This document shows, piece by piece, positions 10,758 to 21,577 of a stretch of 64,000 nucleotides of DNA. Under the pieces are notes generated by a model. That model did no database searches. It was not told where the DNA came from and worked only from the letters and a program-made list of their open reading frames with translations. Origin of the DNA: an uncultured Planctomycetaceae bacterium (GTDB lineage: Bacteria > Planctomycetota > Planctomycetia > Pirellulales > PALSA-1355); NCBI GenBank assembly GCA_963785305.1, contig CAWAUV010000007.1, positions 2,080,001-2,144,000 on the forward strand, read 5' to 3'. Position 1 is the stretch's first letter. Every line of letters starts with the position of its first letter. The translations under genes and the position numbers were made by a program.

Positions 10758-12386
10758 AGCCACCTCCGCCTGCGATCCCACCGGCTGCTGGACTTCCGCC
10801 GCCGGGAAGCACCGAAAATTGTTCTCGGGAATATTTAACTCCGTAGACTTTAAAGCTTGCCGCACCGCCATATTCTTGCCATAGCCAGAATAAATCGTCA
10901 GTCGTGTTGGGTTGTCCAGGAATTGGCTGCCAGTTTCTATTCGCGAATGCGTAGTTGTCGTGAAAATCGAAAGCGACGACACCGCTCCAATCATTCGTAG
11001 CCCCGGAGCATCTCGCCGTCCCGGAAAACGTTACTTCGACGTAGAGATTATGAAAAGAGTAAAACATATCGGCGCTATCGCTTCGGTCGAATTTGCTGGT
11101 AGGCTTTGGGTATGTAATCACGCCATTGAACTTCCGATCGAAGTCCTCGCCAACGGGCGTAAGGCTCGCCCCGGCCAATTCTCCCTTAAATTTCGCTCGA
11201 AAGACATCCAAAATGTTTGAAGCTTCCTTTGTGCCGACGATTCGATCGAGGTCGCTCGACGATAATACGAAATCAGTGCCGGTGCCGTCGCCGAAATGTT
11301 TCAGAAGGCTGGACGCAAGTGGCGTGCCGAAGGTGCTATAAGTCGACGCCTTGTCTTTTGCCTCCTGAATCTTTTCATCCAACTGTTGCTGAGTTAATCC
11401 GTTTGGAAGTACATCAAGCCCCGATCGATCAACGAACCGGACAGGGTCGTCCGCCGCAAATTTGCTAATATTCGCCTGCCCGCCCGCGAATCCAATCGGA
11501 TCGTTCTGCGTCCACAGCCCATCGACCGCGTCGTAGTAGCGGGTCATGCTTTTGTCGAGGCCGGTGGCGGTGTCGTGGACGAAGCCGGTGTAGCCGAAGA
11601 GGTAATTGATCGTGGTGTCGGTTTGGCTGGTCACGGCGCCGAAGGCGGTGTAGGCGATGTGGTTGACGATCGTCGTCGTTGCCGTCGTCGCGTCGTATTC
11701 GACCAAGTCGCGGGCCGTTCCTTGGTTGTCGACCAAGGGGTAAAGCACGATTCCGGCGGCGGTTGGAAGTTCCCCGGCCTCCGTCGGGTCGAACTGCTCG
11801 TCGGCGAAGACTTGATCCACCATTGGGCCATCCAAGTACCGGTTCGTCAGGGCGTTCGTGCCATCGAGCGTGGCGACGATGGCTTGGCCGTCGTACACGA
11901 ACTTTGTCTCGGTCGTGGCGCCGCCGGCTACCGCGACAGTTTCCGAAACTTGCCGGCCGAGCGCGTCATAGGTGTACGTCACCGTTTGCGTGACCACGCC
12001 GGCGCTGGTGTAACTCGTCACAGCGGTCAATTCATTTCGATAGTCGTAAGCGTAGGTCGTATAAGCGCCGGTGGCGATGTCGGTTTGCTCGATGCGGTTG
12101 CCGTCGGCGTCGTACTCGTAGTTGTATGTGCCGTCGGTGATGAGCGTGTTGTTCGCGCCGGTCGTGGAACTCGTGGTGGTCGAGCCGGAAGTCGTGGATT
12201 GTCGATTGCCTGTCGCGTCATACACGTAGCCTTCGTCCAAGGACGAATCGTTGACGCCGGTGGCGCCGGTCAGTTGGCCGGATGGACCATAGGAATAAGT
12301 CAGGTTTTCGTTTGAATGCTGACTGTTCGAGAACGACGTGTTTTCGCCGAGCGTGTTATACGTCCATGAGTAGCCGGCGAGCGTAT
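10738..12386 (-). CDS. Orphan RHS cassette 3 with divergent colicin-M-like tip
   Basis: The RHS frame stays open upstream of the tracked start to ~12386; core end FVDRSG; tip LLKHFGDGTG...DMFYSFHN...FHDNYAF...ASFKV. Confidence 0.85.
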
Positions 12387-12397
12387 TATATATATCA

Positions 12398-13264
12398 CTA
12401 AATTAACGCCGGTGCCCCACCCCATTCCGCAGGTAAAAATTTCTTCCTCCATCGATAGTACGTAGCTTCGTCGATACCCTCGCGACTACACAATTCGTCG
12501 ATAGGTACGCTACATTGCATTCCGGCCCATAACACACGGAGTATCTCGGTACGCTGCCATTTTTCACCAAATGCGCGAGGAAGAGGGCAGCCAATGACAA
12601 GCAAACCACTTCGCCTTCGGCTTACAAGCGCGATGCAGTGCTTCATGATTTCTGCGCGAATACCAAACGCAATTTCCGGGTACGCAAGCGCCCAATTCAC
12701 AATCTGATGCGCAATCGACTCCTTCTCCGTTTCAATATGTCGCACATCGATCGCGTTTATCTCGTCGAGTGCCTGGCATACACTCCCATTCATGACCAAA
12801 TGCCGAACGTAGCTATACCAATAACCGGCGGCCGCGGGGGCCAACGAGATCGCATTCTTGAACTCAGTTATTGCTTGCTCGCCCTTTGTCTCGTCGTTCC
12901 TGAAGCTGCTTAAGCAGCGTGCCAAAAGCTCGTGGTACTGCGCCAGCGTAGATCGTTTCTCGACACCGTGGAGGCGGTAAACATCGTCGGGTAGAAACTC
13001 GTCCGCATTTTTTATCAGCAGACGAATCTGATCCTCGATTTTCAACAAACGGCAAAAAAATGTAGTATTCCTCGTTCGCCACGGATGCAGCCAATGCTCA
13101 AGCTCAGCGTGCCAATGGTCGAGCCGCTCTACGACTTCAGCCGTCGTCAACGTTTTTGGGAAGACCGGGATGGTAGGTATTGGCGCAACGGACCACGGCA
13201 AGTTGTTTCTAGACTCTTTCCTTCGCTTAATCATAATATTCACCATTCCGTAATCCAGACCCAC
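12398..13264 (-). CDS. Putative immunity protein, TPR-like with a C-terminal HTH
   Basis: Overlaps the toxin stop; AITEFKNAISLAPAAAGYWYSY is TPR-like; IDELCSREGIDEATYYRWRKKF is HTH_Tnp_1-like. Confidence 0.6.
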   Translation of the reverse strand: MGLDYGMVNIMIKRRKESRNNLPWSVAPIPTIPVFPKTLTTAEVVERLDHWHAELEHWLHPWRTRNTTFFCRLLKIEDQIRLLIKNADEFLPDDVYRLHGVEKRSTLAQYHELLARCLSSFRNDETKGEQAITEFKNAISLAPAAAGYWYSYVRHLVMNGSVCQALDEINAIDVRHIETEKESIAHQIVNWALAYPEIAFGIRAEIMKHCIALVSRRRSGLLVIGCPLPRAFGEKWQRTEILRVLWAGMQCSVPIDELCSREGIDEATYYRWRKKFLPAEWGGAPALI

Positions 13265-14566
13265 GCCGTAGAAACGCCGGAGTAAACGCCAGACGCGACA
13301 TAATACATTCCGTTTCCAAGATGCTCGTGGATCGTTTCCCTGCCTACGTGGATGCTGCCGATTCCGTACCCAATACCCAAGCCTACGCCACCCGCCGCCA
13401 TCGCCGCTCCGCCAACTGCGGCTGCTCCGCCGACGCCCACGTACGCCACGCCAGCGCCAGTCGTTACACTGGTGCCTGCAACGCTAGCGCCTCCCATAAT
13501 CGTTCCACCGACCGCGACGGATGTCCCATAGGAGACCACGGCGCCAGTTCCCGCGTCGCCGGCAGCGGATGCCGCGCCCGAAACGCCATCTTTCTCTGCG
13601 CCTTCCGCAATCTCCGGAACCGCTAGCGCTACGGCTATCACAATTCCGGCAAGTCCGCATTTGGCGCGTGCATTATTAAGCTGATTTTGCAGCTTCCTCC
13701 GAGTCTCGGGATTCTTCAGGACTCTTTTTATCAGACTCTTGTTGATTCCTGGAAGCGACGTCAAATCTTCGACGTCCGTAATGTTCGCTGGGATTCGTAT
13801 CTTGGTATCTTTGTACTGCACATGGGGTAGTGCGGTGCCCATTGTCTCTCCATCGATATGGACTGAGCCGCCACCGGGAACATTTATCGTCTCGGTATGG
13901 CCACCCGGATCGACTCCATTCGTCGGGCCATTGCCGACGTATTTACTAAGGTTTATCTGCCCTCCCGCGAATCCAATCGGGTCCTCCTGCGTCCAAAGCC
14001 CATCGACCGCGTCGTAGTAGCGGGTCATGCTTTTGTCGAGGCCGGTGGCGGTGTCGTGGACGAAGCCGGTGTAGCCGAAGAGGTAATTGATCGTGGTGTC
14101 GGTTTGGCTGGTCACGGCGCCGAAGGCGGTGTAGGCGATGTGGTTGACGATCGTCGTCGTTGCCGTCGTCGCGTCGTATTCGACCAAGTCGCGGGCCGTT
14201 CCTTGGTTGTCGACCAAGGGGTAAAGCACGATGCCGGCGGCGGTTGGAAGTTCCCCGGCCTCCGTCGAGTCGAACTGCTCGTCGGCGAAGACTTGATCCA
14301 CCATTGGGCCGTCCAAGTACCGGTTCGTCAGGGCGTTCGTGCCGTCGAGCGTGGCGACGATGGCTTGACCGTCGTAGATGAACTTCGTGGTTGTCGTCGC
14401 GCCGCCGGCTACCGCGATGGTTTCGGAAACTTGCCGGCCGAGCGCGTCGTACGTGTACGTCACGGTTTGCGTGACCACGCCGGCGCTGGTGTAGCTGGTG
14501 ACGCTTGTCAATTCATTGCGGTAGTCGTAGGCGTAGGTCGTATACGCGCCGGTGGCGATGTCGGTT
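13240..14566 (-). CDS. Orphan RHS cassette 2, truncated by IS256; tip has a small His-containing domain and a Gly/Ala-rich hydrophobic tail
   Basis: QEDPIG...GVDPGG core end; VHID...PHVQ; long GxxxG-rich tail. Confidence 0.85.
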
Positions 14567-15997
14567 GGTAGTGTCCGTCAAGATGCGCACATTGTTTTAG
14601 GCAGTTCGAGTGGGTAGCGGTGGTCCTCGTTCTCTTCTGTCTGCTTCCCCCGAGGGGGAAGGCCGGTTGCGACGATTACGCCGTCGCCGCCGGTTGCTCT
14701 GCTTCCGGTGGTTCTCGCAGTCGTTCCATGTCCAGGTAACAGCGCGTGCCCCACTTCGTGCCGGCGATGTGACGCAGCCGGGCCGCGACCAGCATCAAGG
14801 CGCTTCGCCCATCCGGGAAGGCGCCCGCGACGCGCGTCCGCCGGCGAATCTCACGCATGATTCGCTCCAGCGCGTTGTTCGTCCGTAGCCGCGTCCAGTG
14901 CTCGCGCGGGAAGGCCATGTACGAAAGCGTCTCTTCGTGGCCCGCCCGCACGATCTCGGCCGCTTGGCCCAATCGCATCGCATCGAGTTTGGCGACCACC
15001 GCCTGGGCCTTTTCACGAGCCGCCGCCCGGTCTTCCTGGGCATGGATCGCCTTGAGCATCGCCGCCACTTCCTTGCGCTTGCCGCGCGGAACCACCGTGA
15101 ACACATTGCGATAAAAATGCACCGTGCAGCGTTGCCACGCCACATCGGGAAAAAACTCTCCCAGCGCTTCCACCACGCCCAGGCTCTTGTCGCTCGTCAC
15201 TAGCCGCACGCCACGCAAGCCACGCTGCTTCAAATGCCGCAGGAAGCCACGCCAACTCTCGGCGTCTTCCTTCATGCCTTCGCACACGCCCAGTATCTCG
15301 CGATGGCCGTCGCTCCGCACGCCGATCGCCACCAACACCGCCACGTTCTTGACTTCCCCGCCCCACGAACGCTTCAGCCAAATGCCGTCCAGGAAAACGT
15401 ACGGATGCTCGCCTTCCAACGGGCGATTGCGCCAAGTGTCGATGTGGCAATAAATCTTCTGGTTCAGCTCGCTCACCGCGCTCGAACTCACTCGCTCGCC
15501 CCACAGCGCCTCGGTGATGTCCTCCACTCGCCGCACGCTCACGCCCGCCAGGTACATCTCCACCAGCGATTCCTCCACGCTGCTCTCGCGACGTCGATAT
15601 CGCTCGATGATCTGCGTCTCGAACGGCAAATTCCGCAGCCGCGGAACTTTCAGGTCCACCTCGCCCGCCTTCGTCAGCAGCTTCCGATGGTAACTGCCGG
15701 CCCGCGTGTCCAGCCGCTCCGGCGAACGCTCGTATCGGCCCGCGCCACAAACCGCGTCCGCCTCGGCGTCGAGCAGACCGTTCAGCGTCTGTTCGATGCT
15801 GGTCCGAACCAGCTCGTCCACATGCGCCCGCACCTGGCCCTCGTCGATCCGAATCACATCCCGCAAACTTGCTTCCCCAGGATTTTGTCCTACACTCGTC
15901 ATGGCAGTCCTCTGTGGTTGGTTAGTGATCCTTGAGCAGATCCGCTACCAACTCTAGGACTGCCTTTTCATTTGTGCGCAACTATCAGGACGTTATC
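14567..15997 (-). mobile_element. IS256-family insertion sequence
   Basis: Imperfect IRs GGTAGTGTCCGTCAAGATGCGCACA and (rc) GATAACGTCCTGATAGTTGCGCACA; no target duplication. Confidence 0.9.
14676..15902 (-). CDS. IS256 (Mutator) transposase
   Basis: YVFLDGIWLK, VTSDK, WQRCTVHFYRN, RTNNALERIMREIRRRT, AFPD motifs. Confidence 0.95.
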   Translation of the reverse strand: MTSVGQNPGEASLRDVIRIDEGQVRAHVDELVRTSIEQTLNGLLDAEADAVCGAGRYERSPERLDTRAGSYHRKLLTKAGEVDLKVPRLRNLPFETQIIERYRRRESSVEESLVEMYLAGVSVRRVEDITEALWGERVSSSAVSELNQKIYCHIDTWRNRPLEGEHPYVFLDGIWLKRSWGGEVKNVAVLVAIGVRSDGHREILGVCEGMKEDAESWRGFLRHLKQRGLRGVRLVTSDKSLGVVEALGEFFPDVAWQRCTVHFYRNVFTVVPRGKRKEVAAMLKAIHAQEDRAAAREKAQAVVAKLDAMRLGQAAEIVRAGHEETLSYMAFPREHWTRLRTNNALERIMREIRRRTRVAGAFPDGRSALMLVAARLRHIAGTKWGTRCYLDMERLREPPEAEQPAATA

Positions 15998-16000
15998 TGC

Positions 16001-16125
16001 GGGCCTGTTTTCACTCAAACGCTAGCGATTTCCCTTGAGCTCCGTCGAAGCCAACGCCACGAAATCAACCCTACTTGGGATCGCTACCCCCCTCGGACGT
16101 GGTTTTCGGGAGGGACAAGGACAGC
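16001..16125. repeat. 125-bp IS-end-like repeat, copy A
   Basis: Collinear homology with 20853-20977; both end GGGAGGGA...GGACAGC. Confidence 0.75.
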
Positions 16126-16151
16126 AATGTAATACTATCTAATTCCGGCTT

Positions 16152-16496
16152 TTAATCTGTGAGGCCGTGCACTGAAACGCGCGACAAAAAATCCCAGACG
16201 ACAAAGAAAATAACAATGGCCTGTATGACGATCCCAATAACTGCGCCAATGCGTTTCTTCTTAATAGGCGCAAGCAAGCCGGCAAATCCAAAAGCGCCGC
16301 CCATGATCCACAAGACGCACTTCAGTAACAGAAAGCCGTTATCTGTCGCTTGTGCGAGCCTAAGGCATCCAAGGCCGGCTGCTATTAATGTCACGCACCA
16401 AATGAGATCCGCTATATGCAAGCGAAGAAAAACCGGCATTTTAAGGCCAAAGGTACAAAAATATGTTATTTTCAATCTTATTAGTAGCACGCTCAA
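16152..16496 (-). CDS. Putative integral-membrane immunity protein (~3 TM)
   Basis: Overlaps the toxin stop; three hydrophobic segments; low GC. Confidence 0.65.
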   Translation of the reverse strand: MSVLLIRLKITYFCTFGLKMPVFLRLHIADLIWCVTLIAAGLGCLRLAQATDNGFLLLKCVLWIMGGAFGFAGLLAPIKKKRIGAVIGIVIQAIVIFFVVWDFLSRVSVHGLTD

Positions 16497-19400
16497 CGAA
16501 TGGGCAATGGATCATTGTCGCGGACGCCCGCGGGAACGGACGCGCTGCTTTCTCCATCAGGATACCCGGAAAGAAAAGAAGCATGCATCGTAAGCGAATC
16601 GTATGTCCATATCGAAGACTTTGCGGTAAATCTAATGTCAATGTTATATGGGTGACCGTTGACCCATTCACCAATACTCGCGAATTCTGAATCGTCAGTC
16701 GTTGTTGCGCCACCTTCGGTAACAGTTTCTACGCCAGGATGCAAGTCGCCGCGGTCAAGCCATTGAAATGTCAGGTCGCAGAACGCGATTTGAGTTATTT
16801 TTGGATCTCCGTGATTAGGATCGCACGTCGTCTCAAACCACCCCATTACGTTGAAGCTATGCGCTCCGTGAAGCGTGAGCAACATCGAGTCTAGTTCATT
16901 GAGCGTGACACCGCGAATCGTGAAGTGAAAGTCGCCGCTCGTCGCCTTATATGGCTGATTCCTCACGATCGCTTCTGCCTTCTTTTGCAGGGCGGCTTTA
17001 ACGTCTCGCTGTATCTCCGGCCGACTTGACATAAAGTCCGCCCATGTTTGGTTTCTGCTAGCGGGATCGCCTGATTGATGATTTTGTCCATTCAGTTTTA
17101 GTCCTATTGCTCGCCCGTCGCCATTGTACTCGTAATAATCGCCAGCATAAAATGTCCTTCCTTCGCCAAAGATATACCAAAACACAAGCTCTCTGGCAAA
17201 AAAAGAACCGGGATCCTTCCCGCCGTTAAAAAACGACTTCAACGAGCCTAATGGCGAAAGTCCAGTCGAATCACTCTCGGTAAGCGTCGAATTAAAAACA
17301 TATCTTTCTAGGTTCGTGTCGCCACCGGCGAATCCAATCGGATCGTTCTGCGACCAAAGCCCGTCGACCGCGTCGTAGTAGCGGGTCATGCTTTTGTCGA
17401 GGCCGGTGGCGGTGTCGTGGACGAAGCCGGTGTAGCCGAAGAGGTAATTGATCGTGGTGTCGGTTTGGCTGGTCACGGCGCCGAAGGCGGTGTAGGCGAT
17501 GTGGTTGACGATCGTCGTCGTTGCCGTCGTCGCGTCGTATTCGACCAAGTCGCGGGCCGTTCCTTGGTTGTCGACCAAGGGGTAAAGCACGATGCCGGCG
17601 GCGGTTGGAAGTTCCCCGGCCTCCGTCGGGTCGAACTGCTCGTCGGCGAAGACTTGATCCACCATTGGGCCATCCAAGTACCGGTTCGTCAGGGCGTTCG
17701 TGCCATCGAGCGTGGCGACGATGGCTTGGCCGTCGTACACGAACTTTGTTTCGGTCGTGGCGCCGCCGGCTACCGCGACAGTTTCCGAAACTTGCCGGCC
17801 AACCGCGTCGTACGTGTACGTCACGGTTTGCGTGACCACGCCGGCCGCAGTGTAGCTGGTGACGCTGGTCAATTCGTTGCGGTAATCGTAAGCGTAGGTC
17901 GTATACGCGTCGGTGGCGATGTCGGTTTGCTCGATGCGGTTGCCGTCGGCGTCGTACTCGTAGTTGTAAGTACCGTCGGTGATGAGCGTGTTGTTCGCGC
18001 CGGTTGTCGAACTCGTGGTGGTCGAGCCGGTTGTCGTCGATTGGCGGTTGCCCGTCGCGTCGTAAACGTAGCCTTCGTCGAGCGACGGATCGTTGACGCC
18101 GGTCGCGCCGGTAAGCTGGCCGGCCGGATCGTAGGAGTATGTTAAATCTTCATTGGAATGTTGGCTGTTCAAAAACGACGTGATTTCGCCGAGCGAATTG
18201 AACGTCCAAGTGTAACCTGCGAGCGTGTTGCCCTGGGCGGTGTACGTCAAGCCGGTTAGCTCGCTGGCGCCGTTGTAGCCGTAGCTGCTTGAATACACAT
18301 TCTCGGTCGCCGCCAGATCGGCATACGTCGAGACGCCGGTGATCTGACCGTTGTTGTTGTACGAAAGATTCACCCGCTTAGGCGCGACGTAATCGCCGCC
18401 GGCTTGGCCTTGCTGGGTGACGCTCGTTTCTCGGTCGAGATTATCGTAGGTGTAGTTGTTGAGGTAATCGGATGTCCCGTTGATCGACAAGGCGCTCGAG
18501 GTACGGTTGCCGTCTTGATCGTATGCGCTCGTCAATGTCACAGGGCCTGAATAGCCGTTGCCGGTCACGGAATCGGTCGTGACTTCGCCCTGGTTGTTGT
18601 AGCTGAGCGTGTCGGTCGTCGTCGGCGCGGCGGCGCTGGTGAGCTCGCCATCGGCGTCGTAGGCATACGTGTACGTCGCCGAGGGATTCGTGAGGCTGCC
18701 CCAGAGTTCGGCGGTTTTTTCATCGAGGGCGTTGTACTCGTAGTATGTCGTCTGGCCGTCGAAATCCGTGGCGCTGGTTTCATTGCCGTTCGCGTCGTAC
18801 GTGAACGACTCACTCACCGGCACGTTCGTCGCCGAGGGGTTTTCATAGACACTCCGCGATTCGCCGACCAAGCGATTCAAATTGTCGTACGTGAACATCG
18901 TCGTATTGCCGTCGGCGTCGGTGAGGGTGGTTTGGTTGCCGCTCAAGTCGTAGGTAAAACTCGTCACATTGCCGTCGGGGTCGGTGGTGGCGGTTTCTTC
19001 TCCGAGGTGGTTGTAGGTGTAATAGGTCGCTTGCTGGGTCGGTGTGGCGATGTACGCGCTCGGGTCGGCGATGTAATTTTCGACGGCGGTGACGTCGGCG
19101 CTCGTCACGGTATTATTGCCGAGCACATCGTAATAGGGCGGCGGAGCGTCGCCCGCGGTCGGCGTGGGCAAAGCCCCGCCGCCGGTGGCGTTGTACTCTT
19201 GGATCAACGCCAGCACATCGGCCGGCGTGACACTGCCGTCGCCGTTCACATCGAACACATTCGCCGGATTCTGCCACGCGGTCGCCGCGGCGGCTGTGGC
19301 CTGCTCGAGCAGGTTGCCGTCGGCGTCGTAGGCGTAGTCGGTCGTCGTGCCGGCCACGCCGTTCTCGGGCGCCGGCGCGGTTTGCGAGGTCATTTGGCCC

Positions 19401-20789
19401 AGGGCGTTGTAGGCGTAGGTCGTCGTCTGGCCGAGCGGATCGGTCGTGCTCGTGACTTCGCCGTCGGCGTCGTACGATGTCGCGCTCGCCGCGCCAAGGC
19501 CGCCGCCACTCGCGGCCGGCTCGATCGTTTTGATCTCGCGGCCCAGGCTGTCGTACACATAGCGCGTGGTCGCGCCGTTGGGATCGGTTTGGGCGACCAT
19601 GTTGCCATTGGGATCGTACACGGCGCTGGTCGTGGGGCCGGGACCGGAGCCGCTGGCCGCCTGCTGCGTGACGCTCGATTGCTCGCCGGCGCCGTTGTAG
19701 GCGTAAGTCGTCACGCGGCCCAGCGGATCGATCGTCGCGACCACCTCGTTGTCGAGATCGTACAGCGTGCTCGTCGTCGGGCCTTGGCCGGCGCCGCCGT
19801 TCGGATTCGGCTGGATGACAGCCACTTGCCGCTCGAGGCCATCGTACACGTACCGCGTCGTGGCGCCATTCGGATCGGTCATGGAAAGCTCGTTGCCCGC
19901 GGCGTCATACGTATAAGTGGTGGTCGGCGCGGCGGCGCCCGACGACGGCGCGGGCTGGGTGACGCTCGTCTGGCGGCCATCGCCATCGTACGCATAGGTC
20001 GTCACATTGCCCAGCGCGTCGGTCATGCTCGTCACTTCGCCATCGAGGTCGTACCCGACATACGTCGTCGGCCCGCCGCCCGCCGCCCCGGTCGCCGCGC
20101 TGGGCTCGATCGTTTCGGTTTGCTGGCCAAGCGCATTATACACATACTCGGTCGTGTTCCCGTCGCCATCGGTCGTGGAAAGCACGTTGCCGTCGCCGTC
20201 GTAGGTGGTGATCGTCGTCGGGCCCGAGCCGGCGATGCCGGTCAGGGCGTTCGGCTCGATGACTTCGGTCTGTTCGCCGAGATCATTATACACATACTCG
20301 GTCGTCCGCCCGAGCGGGTCGGTCATCGACAGCTCGTTGCCGTTGGCGTCGTAGGTGTGGGTGGTGGTCACTCCGCTCGAGGCGGCCACGGGCGCCGACG
20401 ACGCCAAGAGCGCGATCTGGCCGGCGGTGAGCGCCGTATCGTAGATCGCCACCGGGCCGATATCGCCGTCGAGATAGCGAGTGCCATCGGACGAGGCGCC
20501 GATCGTCCAGGGAGCATTGACCGCCACGGCCCCTTGCGTGCTCGCCGTGCTGCTCACAAGCGCGCCGTCGGCATAGAGTTGCCACGCGCTGCCGGTGAAC
20601 ACGCCCGTCAAAAACACCCAATTGCCGATGTCGCCCGCCGGAATCGGCGCCGTGGTCGCTTGGTCGCTGCCGTTCCAAGTGCCGAACTGGAAGTAGCCGC
20701 TGTTGATCCGCAGATACACTTCGGCGTCGGAATTATACGTGTAACCGTGGGCCACGATATCTTGCAGCCCGGCCGTCGATTGCACATCG
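16493..20789 (-). CDS. Long RHS cassette 1: partial LamG, YD repeats, dockerin, RHS core, divergent colicin-M-like tip (5'-truncated)
   Basis: 1438-aa ORF nearly identical to cassette 4 up to the core end ESDSTG; tip WYIFGEG...LTLHG...WLDRGDLHP...GHPYNIDIRF. Confidence 0.9.
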
Positions 20790-20977
20790 AACTTCAACCA
20801 CGGCCACACGCCGAAGGGAAAGCCGCGCGCCGAGAAGTAAAAACAGTCCCAGAGGCCCCGTTTTCACTTCAACGCCGGCGATTTTTCTTGAGCCTCGCCG
20901 AAACCGGCGCCGTGAATTCGCCGCTACTCGGGATCGTTTTCCCCTCCGACGAGGTTTTTGGGAGGGATTTGGACAGC
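20790..20977. mobile_element. IS-end remnant (includes 125-bp repeat copy B)
   Basis: Replaces the RHS 5' end; short + strand ORF tail NFNHGHTPKGKPRAEK* followed by the 125-bp repeat. Confidence 0.6.
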
Positions 20978-21391
20978 CTTTCGGGATGGACTGGTACAAC
21001 GATTACGGAAAAGCAAAATAATCTTCAACACGAAGCCGATGGCAACGAAAACAAACGAAAAACTCCATATCAGATCCCGCTCAACGAGAGACAAATTCGC
21101 GCAGTAATATCTCAAGCAAAAGCACACGACAACACCCTGGCTGAATAGAAGCATCAGGAGCGGACATTTTAAGGTTAGCCGCCACCGGCGCAAACGCGAA
21201 CTCGCCACAACAAGCAAACCGATGACAGATAAAAAAAGAAGAAATCCGAGTTGAAGGCCAAATCCGATTGATGGCGCCTGGGCGAGCAAGATCGAAAACG
21301 TAGCCGATGACGTCGCATCGATGCGAGCACGGTGACATGTAAAGCAAACCATATGCCCTGACGAATCGCGCAATTTAATTGGTAATAACAA
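20924..21391 (-). CDS. Low-GC multi-TM hypothetical protein (orphan immunity-like), 3' end running into the IS remnant
   Basis: Three hydrophobic segments; the C-terminus reads into the repeat. Confidence 0.45.
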   Translation of the reverse strand: MLLPIKLRDSSGHMVCFTCHRARIDATSSATFSILLAQAPSIGFGLQLGFLLFLSVIGLLVVASSRLRRWRLTLKCPLLMLLFSQGVVVCFCLRYYCANLSLVERDLIWSFSFVFVAIGFVLKIILLFRNRCTSPSRKAVQIPPKNLVGGENDPE

Positions 21392-21494
21392 GGAAACATC
21401 TGAACAATGGCGAATCGGTTTCCGCAGCTTCGGTGCCCGAAAATAGCGGTTCTTCCATTACCACTCGCATTGTTCGAAGAAAAATCGCGGTTGG

Positions 21495-21577
21495 CGCGGA
21501 ATCCCTCGCCGACACTTCGGGTTGTGATCCACAGCGGCGTTCTGTCGTAACCAGAAGCGTCGGCGAGGGATTCCGCG
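21495..21577. repeat. Planctomycete-type palindromic (REP-like) repeat pair
   Basis: CGCGGAATCCCTCGCCGACACTTCGGGTTGTGA pairs with TCGTAACCAGAAGCGTCGGCGAGGGATTCCGCG; translates as SLADASGY/TRSVGEG. Confidence 0.8.

Noticed and set aside
12385..12413. TATAAT promoter at the AT-rich junction before cassette 3
   Set aside because: No -35 or extended -10 at the right spacing; may simply be a TA microsatellite.
5591..20789. Diversity-generating retroelement explanation for the near-identical repeats
   Set aside because: No reverse transcriptase in the window; differences are not adenine-specific; tips are replaced wholesale.
682..21148. Long plus-strand ORFs opposite the RHS genes (e.g. 682-1953, 8126-10216, 18932-21148)
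   Set aside because: Antisense shadows of GC-rich repetitive coding sequence; no recognisable motifs.
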